Shown: positions 38,043 to 48,085 of the stretch, one piece after another
Layout: each line of letters starts with the position of its first letter
Numbering within the stretch: position 1 is the stretch's first letter
Program-made: the position numbers and the translations under genes
The notes under the pieces: generated by a model
Seen by the model: the letters and a program-made list of their open reading frames with translations, nothing else
Told to the model about the DNA's origin: nothing
The model's database searches: none
Origin: an uncultured Bacilli bacterium
GTDB taxonomy: Bacteria > Bacillota_I > Bacilli_A > RF39 > UBA660
Reading direction: 5' to 3'
Length of the DNA: 64,000 bases
NCBI GenBank assembly: GCA_934101115.1
Contig: CAKOPW010000006.1
Location: 18,632-82,631 of the forward strand

Positions 38043-40519
38043 TCCTCTTCACCCATCATTCTTCTTTCAGTAGCAGTAGCCTCTATCTTAATTCCAATTC
38101 TAGTTTTATTATCTATGCTGAGTAAAAATTCTCCTCTTTTGGCTCCAAGTAAAAAATCTATTTGAGTATCTGTTAAGGGATTATTTTTAAATAATTCCAA
38201 GTATGCTTTTAAATCATCTTCTTTTAGCATACCAACCATAGTATATTGACAATTGTTAAATATAGCAGTTGCATGTCTTAGCACACTTGCATTACCTAAA
38301 AAATCGGATATACACTGACTAGATAAAATTAAATTAGTATTATATTTTCTACATCTTCTTGCAAGTTGTCCAAAGTTTTTTATTACTTCATTATTGTTTT
38401 CATCAATATATAAATGGAATTCATCTACAATAATACTAATATGTTGTTTATCACTAGATTCTCTTTTCTCATTTATGATTTTATTTGCAACTATACTATT
38501 ATTTAAATAAGTTAGTAGATTTAATATTTGAGTATTTATAATTCTTTGATTACCACTATAAAGAAGTTCCTGTAAGTTAAATGCAATTAAATCATTATTT
38601 AAATCTATTGAAGTATGAGAATTAAATAAATAAGAATCTGTTCCAGTTAAAAATCTAGACAAAAGTATTTCTAATTGATCTACAATTCTCATTTTTTCTT
38701 CACTCTCTAAAGACTTTTTGTATTCAGGTAAATAATTATATAAGTCCGTGAAAATTGGATAATCATTTGCATTTAATGTTTGAAGAGTATTTATTGAAGT
38801 ATTTTTATATATACCTTGTTTATTATATAAAGATTCCAATATTGCTAGTAACATAACTAATTCTTTTTCATTTATATTATCAAAAGCACTTTTAAAAAAT
38901 GCTTCTAAGAATCCTAAATGTTTTGCTAAAGGACAATCAGTTTCTTTTGTTTCTCGATCCTCATCACTTGGTATATATCTTATTTGAAGTGGATTTATCA
39001 TTCCACCTTTTTTAGAATATAAATCAATATACTCTCCATCATTTGGTTTTACTAACTTTTCATACTCATTTTCTGCATCAAAAATAAAAATTTTTGTTCC
39101 TCTAGCAAATTCATTCACTATTATTTTTTTCATAGTAAAACTTTTACCTCCACCTGTTGATGATACAATTGCCAGATTATGAGATGTCCTTTTATTGTTA
39201 AGAATGAATGGATCAAAAAATACTGGTAAAGAAGTATGAATATCTACTCCTAACATGTATCCTGTTGGATCAATAAAATTCGCTTTTGTAAATGGGAAAC
39301 CTGCTCCTAGCGTAATTGTAGGAAAATAGTTAGAATAATCTTTTAGAGAAGTTGTTGTTACATCAAATGATTGCCAAGTTTCTAATTGCCTTAATCTAGG
39401 AAGATCAAGTTTTATACGATTCTTTTTTGCAATCTTTTTTAAATCTCTAATAGTATCTTCTCTTTCTTTTCTATCTCCTGTTACAAGTAAAATCAAAGAT
39501 ATTTCTTTAATTTTTTCATCACCACTTTTAATGTCATTCATAAGAAGTTGATAGTTTTCTTTCTTTATATCTAACTCCGTTGCATCACTTAATTTCTTTG
39601 TTGTACTCCTATCCGATAACAAGAATTGGTACTGTGAATTAATCCATCTTATCAATTCATCTTGATCAATAGCATCTTTAATATTTAAACAGCTTCTAAC
39701 ATTTGGATAATTAAATATTTCTTCAAAAAATAATTCATCAACAAATGGAGCAATATTCTTGATTGTTAAAAGTTGAACTTCATTGTCATCAATTTTTAAC
39801 ATATTAGTTCTTTCAACTAAATTAAGTGGAACAATCAACTCTTCAATTTTACTCCACATCAACAAGTCCAGTGAATTATCACTTAAATATAAATTTGATA
39901 GAAACTTATATACTTCTAATCTATTTGTTATTATTTCAATATTTAATCTAGGTTGTATATTAGCAAATAAATCTTCTACCTCATCTAACTGTCTTTCTAG
40001 AGTATCTGTATCTTTTGCAATTAGAACAATATAATAAATACTAGAAACAGTAAAATTATTTTGTTCCAATTCATCTATTAAATTTCTACTTTCATTAAGT
40101 AAAAATAATCTTTTCAGATCATTTTTAAATCTTTTAATTAACCTATCTAGATTTAATTTATTATTATTTAAATTAATAGGCTCATCTAATTTATAAAATT
40201 TTAAATTTAAGTTTTTAATATGAAATAAACTTCTATAATAATTAAAAAAGTTTATTTTTTCTTGTTTACTTGATAATGATAAATCAATAGCTTTAACTTC
40301 TATTAGTGAAGCGTACTCTCCACTTTTAAGTTCTATTAATCCATCATCACCAACATCCTTTATATTAGAAAAAACTTTAGAATTTTTAATTCTTCTTTTC
40401 ATTATGGAAGTTTTTAAATATTCAGATTTAGTTTTTTCTTTTAATTCATTTATTTTATTTAAAGATTTTAAATCTTTTTCTTCTTGACTCTTTTTTGGGA
40501 ATAACCCTATATTAACCAC
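38039..40519 (-). CDS. VirB4-like conjugative ATPase (TcpF / Tn916 Orf16 class)
   Basis: 826 aa; Walker A SSTGGGKSFTMKK; Walker B IIVDEFHLY. Confidence 0.85.
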   Translation of the reverse strand: MVNIGLFPKKSQEEKDLKSLNKINELKEKTKSEYLKTSIMKRRIKNSKVFSNIKDVGDDGLIELKSGEYASLIEVKAIDLSLSSKQEKINFFNYYRSLFHIKNLNLKFYKLDEPINLNNNKLNLDRLIKRFKNDLKRLFLLNESRNLIDELEQNNFTVSSIYYIVLIAKDTDTLERQLDEVEDLFANIQPRLNIEIITNRLEVYKFLSNLYLSDNSLDLLMWSKIEELIVPLNLVERTNMLKIDDNEVQLLTIKNIAPFVDELFFEEIFNYPNVRSCLNIKDAIDQDELIRWINSQYQFLLSDRSTTKKLSDATELDIKKENYQLLMNDIKSGDEKIKEISLILLVTGDRKEREDTIRDLKKIAKKNRIKLDLPRLRQLETWQSFDVTTTSLKDYSNYFPTITLGAGFPFTKANFIDPTGYMLGVDIHTSLPVFFDPFILNNKRTSHNLAIVSSTGGGKSFTMKKIIVNEFARGTKIFIFDAENEYEKLVKPNDGEYIDLYSKKGGMINPLQIRYIPSDEDRETKETDCPLAKHLGFLEAFFKSAFDNINEKELVMLLAILESLYNKQGIYKNTSINTLQTLNANDYPIFTDLYNYLPEYKKSLESEEKMRIVDQLEILLSRFLTGTDSYLFNSHTSIDLNNDLIAFNLQELLYSGNQRIINTQILNLLTYLNNSIVANKIINEKRESSDKQHISIIVDEFHLYIDENNNEVIKNFGQLARRCRKYNTNLILSSQCISDFLGNASVLRHATAIFNNCQYTMVGMLKEDDLKAYLELFKNNPLTDTQIDFLLGAKRGEFLLSIDNKTRIGIKIEATATERRMMGEEE

Positions 40520-40520
40520 C

Positions 40521-40790
40521 TTACCTTTCTTTCGTATAAATATAATTTTTACATTTAAAAATATATTTAAAAAATAATCCCAATACTTTATACATTCTAT
40601 TCTTTTTAGATAAGTTAATTGGAATCATTAAAAATACACAAATCGTTAAAAATATAATTGAAAACAATTTATGTGTTGAAAAGGCAAATAATGATAGAAA
40701 TATCATAATCATAGGAATACCTATATATAAATCATTTAATTCTATATACTTGCCTAATGTCTTTTTTATACTATTTATAGTTATATACAA
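40521..40790 (-). CDS. Small two-TM membrane protein (T4SS component, TcpE/PrgI-like position)
   Basis: 89 aa, two hydrophobic helices; synteny only. Confidence 0.45.
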   Translation of the reverse strand: MYITINSIKKTLGKYIELNDLYIGIPMIMIFLSLFAFSTHKLFSIIFLTICVFLMIPINLSKKNRMYKVLGLFFKYIFKCKNYIYTKER

Positions 40791-40796
40791 TTTCTA

Positions 40797-42158
40797 TCAC
40801 CTACTTTTATATCTATTTCTATACATTGCTCTTTGTGGCATTAAACTATTAACAGAGCCTCTAATATTTGACATACCACCATGTCTTAAATTTTTTCCTA
40901 ATGCAGATGGTGTTTTTTGTTCTATTGATGCACCAGTTTTAGAAATAAAGTTACCTATCTTACCCATTGCACTCTTTGGATTATTAGCATTATTAGAAAT
41001 CTTATTACCAAAATTAGTAATTGCATTTCCTATACTTTTAACAGCCTTATTACCTCCAACTAATCCAACACCACTACTTGCAACACCTAATCCTACCATT
41101 CCAGCTCCAATACCTGCTCCACCAACTGCTGATGTTGCTGTATTCATTGCTTGTCCAAATCCCATTAAACTCATAAGTTGCTCTCTTCCACTATTAGCAG
41201 ATACATTACCACCTATAAATCTATTAACTACTTGAGATCCAGTTAGTAAAAATGTTCCAGCTCCAATATACATTAAAGATTTTACTAAAATATCTTTAAA
41301 TGTATTATCAGTAAAGAATGTTGTACCTGCAATTTCTTTCATAACAATACCTGTCAAACTAATGATTAACATTACAACAGCACCCTGAAGCATTAATGAC
41401 ACTAGTTGTTCTATTACAGCACTTCTTCTTTGCTTATTTCCTATGGAAGTTGAAAACACAACGGGACTAATTACAAATAAAAATAAAAACTCTAATTGCC
41501 TACGAGCTAACATCATTCCTGAAAAAAACAAAGCATATAAAAAGAATCCTCCAACTATTATTGCAAGAATCCAATTAATACTATATTTATAATCTTTTTC
41601 ATCTGGTAATATCCATTTGTCATTAGTTACAAATTTATCATTATATTTTTGAGCATTTGTAAAAGAATTATCTTTTATAAATTTAGTATAATCATCTGTT
41701 TTAAATTCATCACTAACTTTATATTGAGCTGTATAATCTACAAACATAGTTAGCATATTATCAGATATAGTAACATCATTACTAGAAAATATACTTGCAG
41801 TCCAACTACTTAACTTAATTGAAAAGGTGGAAACTTCTGCAAATAAAAATACTGATAACAATACAAATAATGTTGACTTAAATATTTCTGTTACTAATTG
41901 TTGTATAGATAATCCTTCATCAGGTTCTATTATTTTCATAACAAACTTATATAATGCAAATAATCCTAAAAGAGTTACTGCTATTGCAATTATTCCTTTA
42001 TGAAAATTTGAAAACATAGAATTATCTGCAACACTATCTATAATATTGTAAGCATTTAGAGATTTTAAAACTTCAAATAATGTATCTATTAGATTATAAA
42101 TAAAATCAATTATTCCCCAACCTAATCTTCTTAAAAGGTCTAATGCTTTTAATAACAT
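40797..42158 (-). CDS. Polytopic membrane protein, VirB6/TcpH-like, with a Gly-rich C-terminal tail
   Basis: 453 aa, multiple TM segments; position between VirB4 and the small membrane proteins. Confidence 0.55.
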   Translation of the reverse strand: MLLKALDLLRRLGWGIIDFIYNLIDTLFEVLKSLNAYNIIDSVADNSMFSNFHKGIIAIAVTLLGLFALYKFVMKIIEPDEGLSIQQLVTEIFKSTLFVLLSVFLFAEVSTFSIKLSSWTASIFSSNDVTISDNMLTMFVDYTAQYKVSDEFKTDDYTKFIKDNSFTNAQKYNDKFVTNDKWILPDEKDYKYSINWILAIIVGGFFLYALFFSGMMLARRQLEFLFLFVISPVVFSTSIGNKQRRSAVIEQLVSLMLQGAVVMLIISLTGIVMKEIAGTTFFTDNTFKDILVKSLMYIGAGTFLLTGSQVVNRFIGGNVSANSGREQLMSLMGFGQAMNTATSAVGGAGIGAGMVGLGVASSGVGLVGGNKAVKSIGNAITNFGNKISNNANNPKSAMGKIGNFISKTGASIEQKTPSALGKNLRHGGMSNIRGSVNSLMPQRAMYRNRYKSR

Positions 42159-42166
42159 TGTTCCTC

Positions 42167-42490
42167 CTAAAATAAATCAATAATTAAATTAACAATAGAT
42201 ATTGCTAAAATAATACCAATTATACCAAACATAGTTTGAATTATTCTTTGCTTTACTCTTTGTTTTTGATCTACATCAGCAACTGCATATAAAATAAATC
42301 CAATAATAAGTGAAACACCTGCAAGTGCTATACCTACTCTTAAAGCCCAATTTGAAAAAGTTTGAATAGCTTTAATAATTGAATCTATGTTATAATTACC
42401 ACCATCTAATTTTTCTATTTTTAATAAACTTACACTACCACTAAGTTTTTCAACTATGGTATTTAGCATAAGTTTAGGCAATATTTGCAC
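42167..42490 (-). CDS. Small membrane protein (VirB2/TcpD-like position)
   Basis: 107 aa, two C-terminal TM helices. Confidence 0.4.
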   Translation of the reverse strand: MQILPKLMLNTIVEKLSGSVSLLKIEKLDGGNYNIDSIIKAIQTFSNWALRVGIALAGVSLIIGFILYAVADVDQKQRVKQRIIQTMFGIIGIILAISIVNLIIDLF

Positions 42491-42560
42491 CTCTATTTTT
42501 CTTTTTTATCATATATCATTCCTCCAATCTTATATATAAAGAGGTAGAAAAATCTACCCC

Positions 42561-42953
42561 TTATTCCATTTCTGGTTCAGAATCTTTAATTTCTTTGGTT
42601 TTAGAAGATAAAAAACTTACTCTATCGGCTATTACATTTGTTCTTTTAACTTTTTCACCGTCATCTTTTTCATAGATACTTGTTTCAATTCTTCCTTTAA
42701 TTCCAATCATATCTCCCTTTTTGCAATATTCAGAAGTTGATTCTGCTACATTATTCCAGATTGTACAATCAATAAAATCTGTTTCATATTCTCCATTAGC
42801 ATTTTTATAACTTCTTGGAACAGCAATTGTTATATTAGTAACTTTCTTACCATCTTCCAATTCTTTTACTTCTGGTTCATTTACAAGTCTTCCTACACAA
42901 AAATAATTATTCACTATAATATCACCTTTACCTTTCTTATATTTCATATTCAT
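42561..42953 (-). CDS. ssb: Single-stranded DNA-binding protein
   Basis: OB-fold pattern GRLVNEPEVKEL..GKKVTNITIAVPRSYKN..TDFIDCTIWNNVAE..KGDMIGIKGRI. Confidence 0.85.
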   Translation of the reverse strand: MNMKYKKGKGDIIVNNYFCVGRLVNEPEVKELEDGKKVTNITIAVPRSYKNANGEYETDFIDCTIWNNVAESTSEYCKKGDMIGIKGRIETSIYEKDDGEKVKRTNVIADRVSFLSSKTKEIKDSEPEME

Positions 42954-43320
42954 CGTGAATACCTAATTTAATTTTTGCTATTTTTTCATAAGTCATAGCA
43001 ATTGACTTATCATTGAACATATCTTTAAACTTAGTTATTTGTTCATCAGTTAATGAAACATTGTCACCAATATTTGCATCATCCCCTACAATTAAAAAAG
43101 GTCCGAAGATTATATCTCTTCCAACCTCTCTATTTGGACCCATACCATTAATTTTACCTTCTTCATTACAAATAATGACTGCATCTTCAATGTTAGGCAT
43201 ATAAAAATATTCTATATATCCTCCGACTTGTTTTTGTAAAGAAGTTAAATTATTTGGTATTTCTACTTCAACAGGTAGTTCATTTTCTTTAACTAACAAT
43301 GCTCTAAGTTTTTTTGACAT
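42937..43320 (-). CDS. Hypothetical protein, DUF3846-like as I recall
   Basis: 127 aa; LTSLQKQVGGYIEY pattern common in conjugative elements; unverified. Confidence 0.4.
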   Translation of the reverse strand: MSKKLRALLVKENELPVEVEIPNNLTSLQKQVGGYIEYFYMPNIEDAVIICNEEGKINGMGPNREVGRDIIFGPFLIVGDDANIGDNVSLTDEQITKFKDMFNDKSIAMTYEKIAKIKLGIHDEYEI

Positions 43321-43334
43321 CTAAATCACCCCTT

Positions 43335-43766
43335 TCACATTTCATTAATCTCATATTCCTTAATTGGACTCACTCTTTCCATTTCTTCAATAACATAAGA
43401 ATCATCAAATTCTCTATTCATTGATGGATATTCTAAATCCTGTTCTTCTTCATTTTCACTTTCATAGCTATCTTCTTCATAGTCATCACAACTTTCACCA
43501 ATTCTTGCAAAATGAAAAGACATATCCTTATCTCTTAAATGATTTAAACTAGATTCCACTGCATCAACGCTATCATATCCATCGTACCATTTTAACCAGT
43601 TCCAGCCAAAATAAACTGCATAATCATTTTCAGCTTTAAATTCTAAATTGTCTAGTAAGTTATATTCATCACGATTTAATTTACTCAAATAATCTTTTAC
43701 ATACTTATTAAGTTCTTCAAATCCTTTTTTCGTTGTCATAATTCTAACATCTGATCTATAACCCAT
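43335..43766 (-). CDS. Hypothetical acidic protein (143 aa)
   Basis: ORF in operon. Confidence 0.4.
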   Translation of the reverse strand: MGYRSDVRIMTTKKGFEELNKYVKDYLSKLNRDEYNLLDNLEFKAENDYAVYFGWNWLKWYDGYDSVDAVESSLNHLRDKDMSFHFARIGESCDDYEEDSYESENEEEQDLEYPSMNREFDDSYVIEEMERVSPIKEYEINEM

Positions 43767-44217
43767 CTATATCACCTCTAAAATCTTTTAGTATTTCTTC
43801 CATTTCTCTTTGCTCTTCTTCCGTAGCTTTATTTGATTCGCATCGTTGACCATTCCATACCATAACTCCATCTGGATCATATCTTATACGAGGCCCTTTT
43901 CTTCCATAGATAATATCATCATAATTATCTGAAATCTTTGTTACGGTTATAAAATTTTGCATCCTATTATTTACAGAATAAGAATTTAAATATCCTTTAA
44001 CAAATACTTTATTATTAACAAAAAAATAATCAAGATTTTCATAATAAAGTTCTCTAGGTATATTTAGACTTATATATACTTTACTATTAGAATTACTTGA
44101 ATACTTTTTAGAAACAATACTAAATTTTACATATTTATCATTATCATTTATATCCCTAATAACATTTATATTCCCAGATATAATGACTTCGTTATAATCT
44201 ACACCATTCATAATCAA
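43756..44217 (-). CDS. Hypothetical protein (153 aa)
   Basis: ORF in operon. Confidence 0.4.
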   Translation of the reverse strand: MIMNGVDYNEVIISGNINVIRDINDNDKYVKFSIVSKKYSSNSNSKVYISLNIPRELYYENLDYFFVNNKVFVKGYLNSYSVNNRMQNFITVTKISDNYDDIIYGRKGPRIRYDPDGVMVWNGQRCESNKATEEEQREMEEILKDFRGDIDGL

Positions 44218-44236
44218 ATCCTTTCTGTATAAATAT

Positions 44237-44375
44237 TTATATTAATTTAAATTATTATTTATATTCTTGTTATATTAATTCTTTATATTAACTTATTATA
44301 TTATGTTAGACATTTTTGTCCATCGTGGATGGAAAATTTCATCTACCCTAGATGGTCAAAATCATCTACCCTAGA
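44237..44375. repeat. Iteron-like array: 5 copies of TTATATTA(A) at 44237, 44259, 44270, 44283 and 44296; palindrome CCATC-GTG-GATGG (44320-44332); 14-nt direct repeat TCATCTACCCTAGA (44339-44352 and 44362-44375)
   Basis: Read directly; lies beside the 94-aa wHTH gene. Confidence 0.7.
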
Positions 44376-44627
44376 CACTAAATAAATTTTTCTTTTATTT
44401 CTGGAATATTCTATTTTGATATAATTATTTTTCTCTAGTTCAGACAATAATCTTGTTATTGTTCTTTCTGTCACGGATAAAATATCACCTAGATGTTTGT
44501 TTGAAGCAAAACAATATCCATTTTTATAACATAATAGTTGAATATCTCCATATAACAATTTCGCATTACTACTTAAATTCTTATTATTTTTGATTGATAA
44601 AGGTATCTTAGAATATTTTTCATACAC
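44343..44627 (-). CDS. Winged-HTH DNA-binding protein (replication-initiator/DnaD-N-like small protein)
   Basis: 94 aa; SNKHLGDILSVTERTITRLLSELEKNNYI HTH; its 3' end overlaps the direct repeats. Confidence 0.5.
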   Translation of the reverse strand: MYEKYSKIPLSIKNNKNLSSNAKLLYGDIQLLCYKNGYCFASNKHLGDILSVTERTITRLLSELEKNNYIKIEYSRNKRKIYLVSRVDDFDHLG

Positions 44628-45259
44628 TAATACTCCACCTTATCAACTAAATATCCTATAAAGACAGTTTGCTTATCTTTAGTACCTTTTTTACAAGTAA
44701 TAAGTGTTATTGCACTTTTATATCTATTTCTTACAATTTCAATTTTACCATCTTTATCTGTATCATAGGAATTGTTTAATTTATAAATGTATTTTATTCC
44801 GTCATAATAGATATATATTAATGAATCTTCCTTCAATTTATATAAGTTTCTAAAAAAAGAAACACCACTTGTTCCATTATGTCCTGCTAGTATTAAATTA
44901 CTATTTTCAACATTAGGCATTTGTGAATGCTCTATTATTTGAATATTATACTTAACATTATTATATCTACTATTATAATCAACAATACCTCTTTTCAAGT
45001 TTATACTTGGTATTTCAAGAATAGCAATATAATTATAAGATGGTGAGGAAGATTTTTTATTTTCTTCCTCTTTTAATTGTTCTTGAAGACTAACTTCCTC
45101 AGATTGTTCTTCTTCTATAAAGAAGTCATCCACCATCTTAACTTCTTGTACTTCTTTTTTTGTATTTTTATAAATATCAAAAGTAAAAATAAAAACTGAA
45201 ACTATTATTAATATAAATCCTATAATTAATACTATCTTATTTTCTTTTTTTCTTTTCAT
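44627..45259 (-). CDS. Sortase (class B-like), dedicated to the upstream adhesin
   Basis: N-terminal TM, LILAGHNGTSG (His), AITLITCKKG (TLxTC Cys). Confidence 0.8.
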   Translation of the reverse strand: MKRKKENKIVLIIGFILIIVSVFIFTFDIYKNTKKEVQEVKMVDDFFIEEEQSEEVSLQEQLKEEENKKSSSPSYNYIAILEIPSINLKRGIVDYNSRYNNVKYNIQIIEHSQMPNVENSNLILAGHNGTSGVSFFRNLYKLKEDSLIYIYYDGIKYIYKLNNSYDTDKDGKIEIVRNRYKSAITLITCKKGTKDKQTVFIGYLVDKVEY

Positions 45260-48044
45260 ATAAGATTATCCCCAATCCTACTAATCCTATTGATAAAGAA
45301 ATAATGTATTTAGTATAATTTCTATTTAAATTAGTATTTGGCACTTCTACTTCTTCTAAATCATTAACTAAAGTAGAATTTATTATCTCACCATCTTTTT
45401 CTACTTTAAAATAATTTTTGTCATTATTTAAAACATAATGTTCAAGTGTAGAAATTTCTTTATAATAATAACTTCCGTATTCTAATTCCACTTCTATAAC
45501 ACCATTTTCATCAGTAGTATACTCACCAAGTAGATTATCATTTAAATTATAGATACCAATAACTACTCCAGCTAATGGATTATTATTAGAATCTACCTTA
45601 TTAATTATCAATTTAGATTTAATTTTAGTATTAGTCATTTCAGATTTTACTATTTCTCCATTTTCCTTTATTTCAAACTCAATCTTTTCAGTGTTTAAAA
45701 TATATCCTTCTGGAGCTTCTTTTTCTAAAATAAAATATTTATGACCTGCAGGTAAATTATCAATAATTACTTTACCATCTTTATCAGTTACATACTCACC
45801 AATAAGTTTTTCTTCATCATCATTTAAATAAATCTCAATTTTAGTATTTGGAATAGTATCTGAAGTTGTAAAATCTTTTTTAGTAAATTCTAATTTCCCT
45901 TTGGATAATTTATTTGTAAAAGTAAATACTTTAGATATTACTGCTGTATATTGATCCTTATATTTTAGTTCTACTTCATATTCCTTAGAATCAATAACAT
46001 GATTACCATTTGTTTCTAATTCTTTTAAGAAGTATTTACCCAATTTTAAGTTTTCAATTTTAGCATATCCATTAGAATCTGTTGTTACCTCTGCAATTAA
46101 TTGTTTATTCTCATCATAAAGTCCATATTTTACTTTTTCAAGCGGTATTTCTTCATAAGAATATTTATTATCATCTATTACAAATTTTTCACCCTTTTTA
46201 TTAATTTCAATCTTTCCTTTAACTGCTTGGTTTTCAAATTTTGTTTCAAATAATACACCATATTTATTGTCAGTTATCAAATTAGAATTTTCACCTATTT
46301 CAAATTCTTTTGATTCTTTATTCCATAAATAACCATCTATAACTTGATCTACCTCTTCTAACTTATATTTTCCAGATATTAAAGGATATGGTGTAATTAA
46401 TACTCCATTATCATCAGTTTTAAATTCACATAAAGTTTCTGCTTTTGGATATGTAACTGTTTGGCAAACATAATCATCACTCGCAAGTGATTTTATTTTA
46501 AATGTTATACCACTTCTTGGAATAACCTCTCCTGTATCTTTATCAACTTTAATCACTTTTAATTTAGCAGTTATTTCAGCATTTGAAATTAATTTGTATG
46601 TATTTGAATCCGTATCATCTCCTACAACAAACTCAAAATCATCTACTTTTTCATAATTAGGTGTACTGGTTATTTGTTTAAATGTGTAACTTCCATAAGG
46701 AAGTTTTATTTCTGCATATCCATTTTTATCAGTGGTAATCTTATTAATATAACAAACATTATTACCCATTTGTTTTTGATTACTCTTGCTTTTTAAAAGT
46801 CTAGGAGTACAATTATTTAAAAATATTTCAAAAGTTACATTTGGCTCTGGAGTTAAAATACCTGTTTTAGAATTAGCGAATACTTTAAATATTGTTAAAT
46901 CTGTTTCTTTTACTTTTTCATAAACATCTAAACTTTCAAGTAAAACATTTTCATTAAGTACAAATGAATATTTATTTTTGTCTAATGTATAACCTTTACT
47001 TGGAGTTATTTCTTTAATATAAAATTCTCCTAAACTAGGCAAATAATCACTAATTGCATATCCATTTTTATCAGTCTTTAACTCACTTATTTTTTCATTG
47101 CTAGTATTATAGATTCCATAGATAGCATTTTCTAAACTAGCATTGCCTTGTGGGTAACTCTCTTTCGTATTACTATCCTTTTTATTAATTTCAACTCTTC
47201 CTCCAATTACTTTTAAATTAAATAAAGCAGGAAGTGGATCATAATAACCTACCCTCATAACATTTTGAGAACCTTCTTTAAAGTAAACAATTGGTGGTGC
47301 GGAATGTTTAGTTGCTTTTTTTACTAAATTAACTTTTGCATCTCCAATACCAGTTGCAGTCAAAATTAAATTATTACCTTCAATTTTAGCACTAACATTT
47401 TCAGTTGATGCAATACTAAAATATTTTAAAACATTATTTGAATCCGTTAATGTTTTGCTTTGACCTAGTGGAATTGATAAATTGTCAGTGTTAAAATTTG
47501 GTCTTGTATAATGACTATTTACTAATGAATCCATTTCGGCTATTTCACTTGCAAACTTATTAGGATTATCTGTTCCATTTAATGTATCAGTAAAAACAAA
47601 TTTATTTTGTGGCTCAATTGTTCTCCATATCATTAATTGTGTAATAGCATACCATTTATTATTTGAATGATCATATCCATTATCATTATATTGATAACCA
47701 TAATAAGCAAGTAAAGCAATTCTATTCCATTGCTCTTCAGTTATATTTAATACACTAGCATAATCACTTCTAGCAATATTATAATAAGGCAAATTATTAT
47801 CAATATCTACGAATGGTTGCAAACAATACACAAAAGCATTGTCTTCACTTCTTCTCATAAATCTAGCTTGCATATATTTAATATATCCATCATTTCTATA
47901 TTTCCTAACAAATATATTTGAAATATGTTCTGATGGCCATATTGCTTGACCTGTATAAGTTTCAGCATTTACTTTTTCAATACCTAAAAAAGTTAAAAAT
48001 AAAAATACACCAATCATAGTGTATTTAAAGATTTTTCTTTTCAA
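45237..48044 (-). CDS. Cell-wall-anchored thioester-domain adhesin with multiple Cna-B/SpaA-type Ig-like repeats (TIE protein class)
   Basis: Signal peptide; FVYCLQPF (Cys) and AITQLMIWR (TQxxIW Gln) thioester signature; repeated TD.NGYA..L.LG.Y..KE motifs; C-terminal VPNTN plus hydrophobic stretch plus KKKRK; likely TTG start at 48044 after GAAGGAGGGA. Confidence 0.75.
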   Translation of the reverse strand: MKRKIFKYTMIGVFLFLTFLGIEKVNAETYTGQAIWPSEHISNIFVRKYRNDGYIKYMQARFMRRSEDNAFVYCLQPFVDIDNNLPYYNIARSDYASVLNITEEQWNRIALLAYYGYQYNDNGYDHSNNKWYAITQLMIWRTIEPQNKFVFTDTLNGTDNPNKFASEIAEMDSLVNSHYTRPNFNTDNLSIPLGQSKTLTDSNNVLKYFSIASTENVSAKIEGNNLILTATGIGDAKVNLVKKATKHSAPPIVYFKEGSQNVMRVGYYDPLPALFNLKVIGGRVEINKKDSNTKESYPQGNASLENAIYGIYNTSNEKISELKTDKNGYAISDYLPSLGEFYIKEITPSKGYTLDKNKYSFVLNENVLLESLDVYEKVKETDLTIFKVFANSKTGILTPEPNVTFEIFLNNCTPRLLKSKSNQKQMGNNVCYINKITTDKNGYAEIKLPYGSYTFKQITSTPNYEKVDDFEFVVGDDTDSNTYKLISNAEITAKLKVIKVDKDTGEVIPRSGITFKIKSLASDDYVCQTVTYPKAETLCEFKTDDNGVLITPYPLISGKYKLEEVDQVIDGYLWNKESKEFEIGENSNLITDNKYGVLFETKFENQAVKGKIEINKKGEKFVIDDNKYSYEEIPLEKVKYGLYDENKQLIAEVTTDSNGYAKIENLKLGKYFLKELETNGNHVIDSKEYEVELKYKDQYTAVISKVFTFTNKLSKGKLEFTKKDFTTSDTIPNTKIEIYLNDDEEKLIGEYVTDKDGKVIIDNLPAGHKYFILEKEAPEGYILNTEKIEFEIKENGEIVKSEMTNTKIKSKLIINKVDSNNNPLAGVVIGIYNLNDNLLGEYTTDENGVIEVELEYGSYYYKEISTLEHYVLNNDKNYFKVEKDGEIINSTLVNDLEEVEVPNTNLNRNYTKYIISLSIGLVGLGIILYEKKKRK

Positions 48045-48085
48045 ATTATATCCCTCCTTCATAAAAAAAGACATCACTTAAGATG

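Noticed and set aside
40750-41235. 161-aa plus-strand ORF rich in Pro, Leu and Ile
   Set aside because: It is the antisense reading of the Gly/Ala/Val-rich C-terminal tail of the VirB6-like gene, and the compositional mirror explains the open frame.
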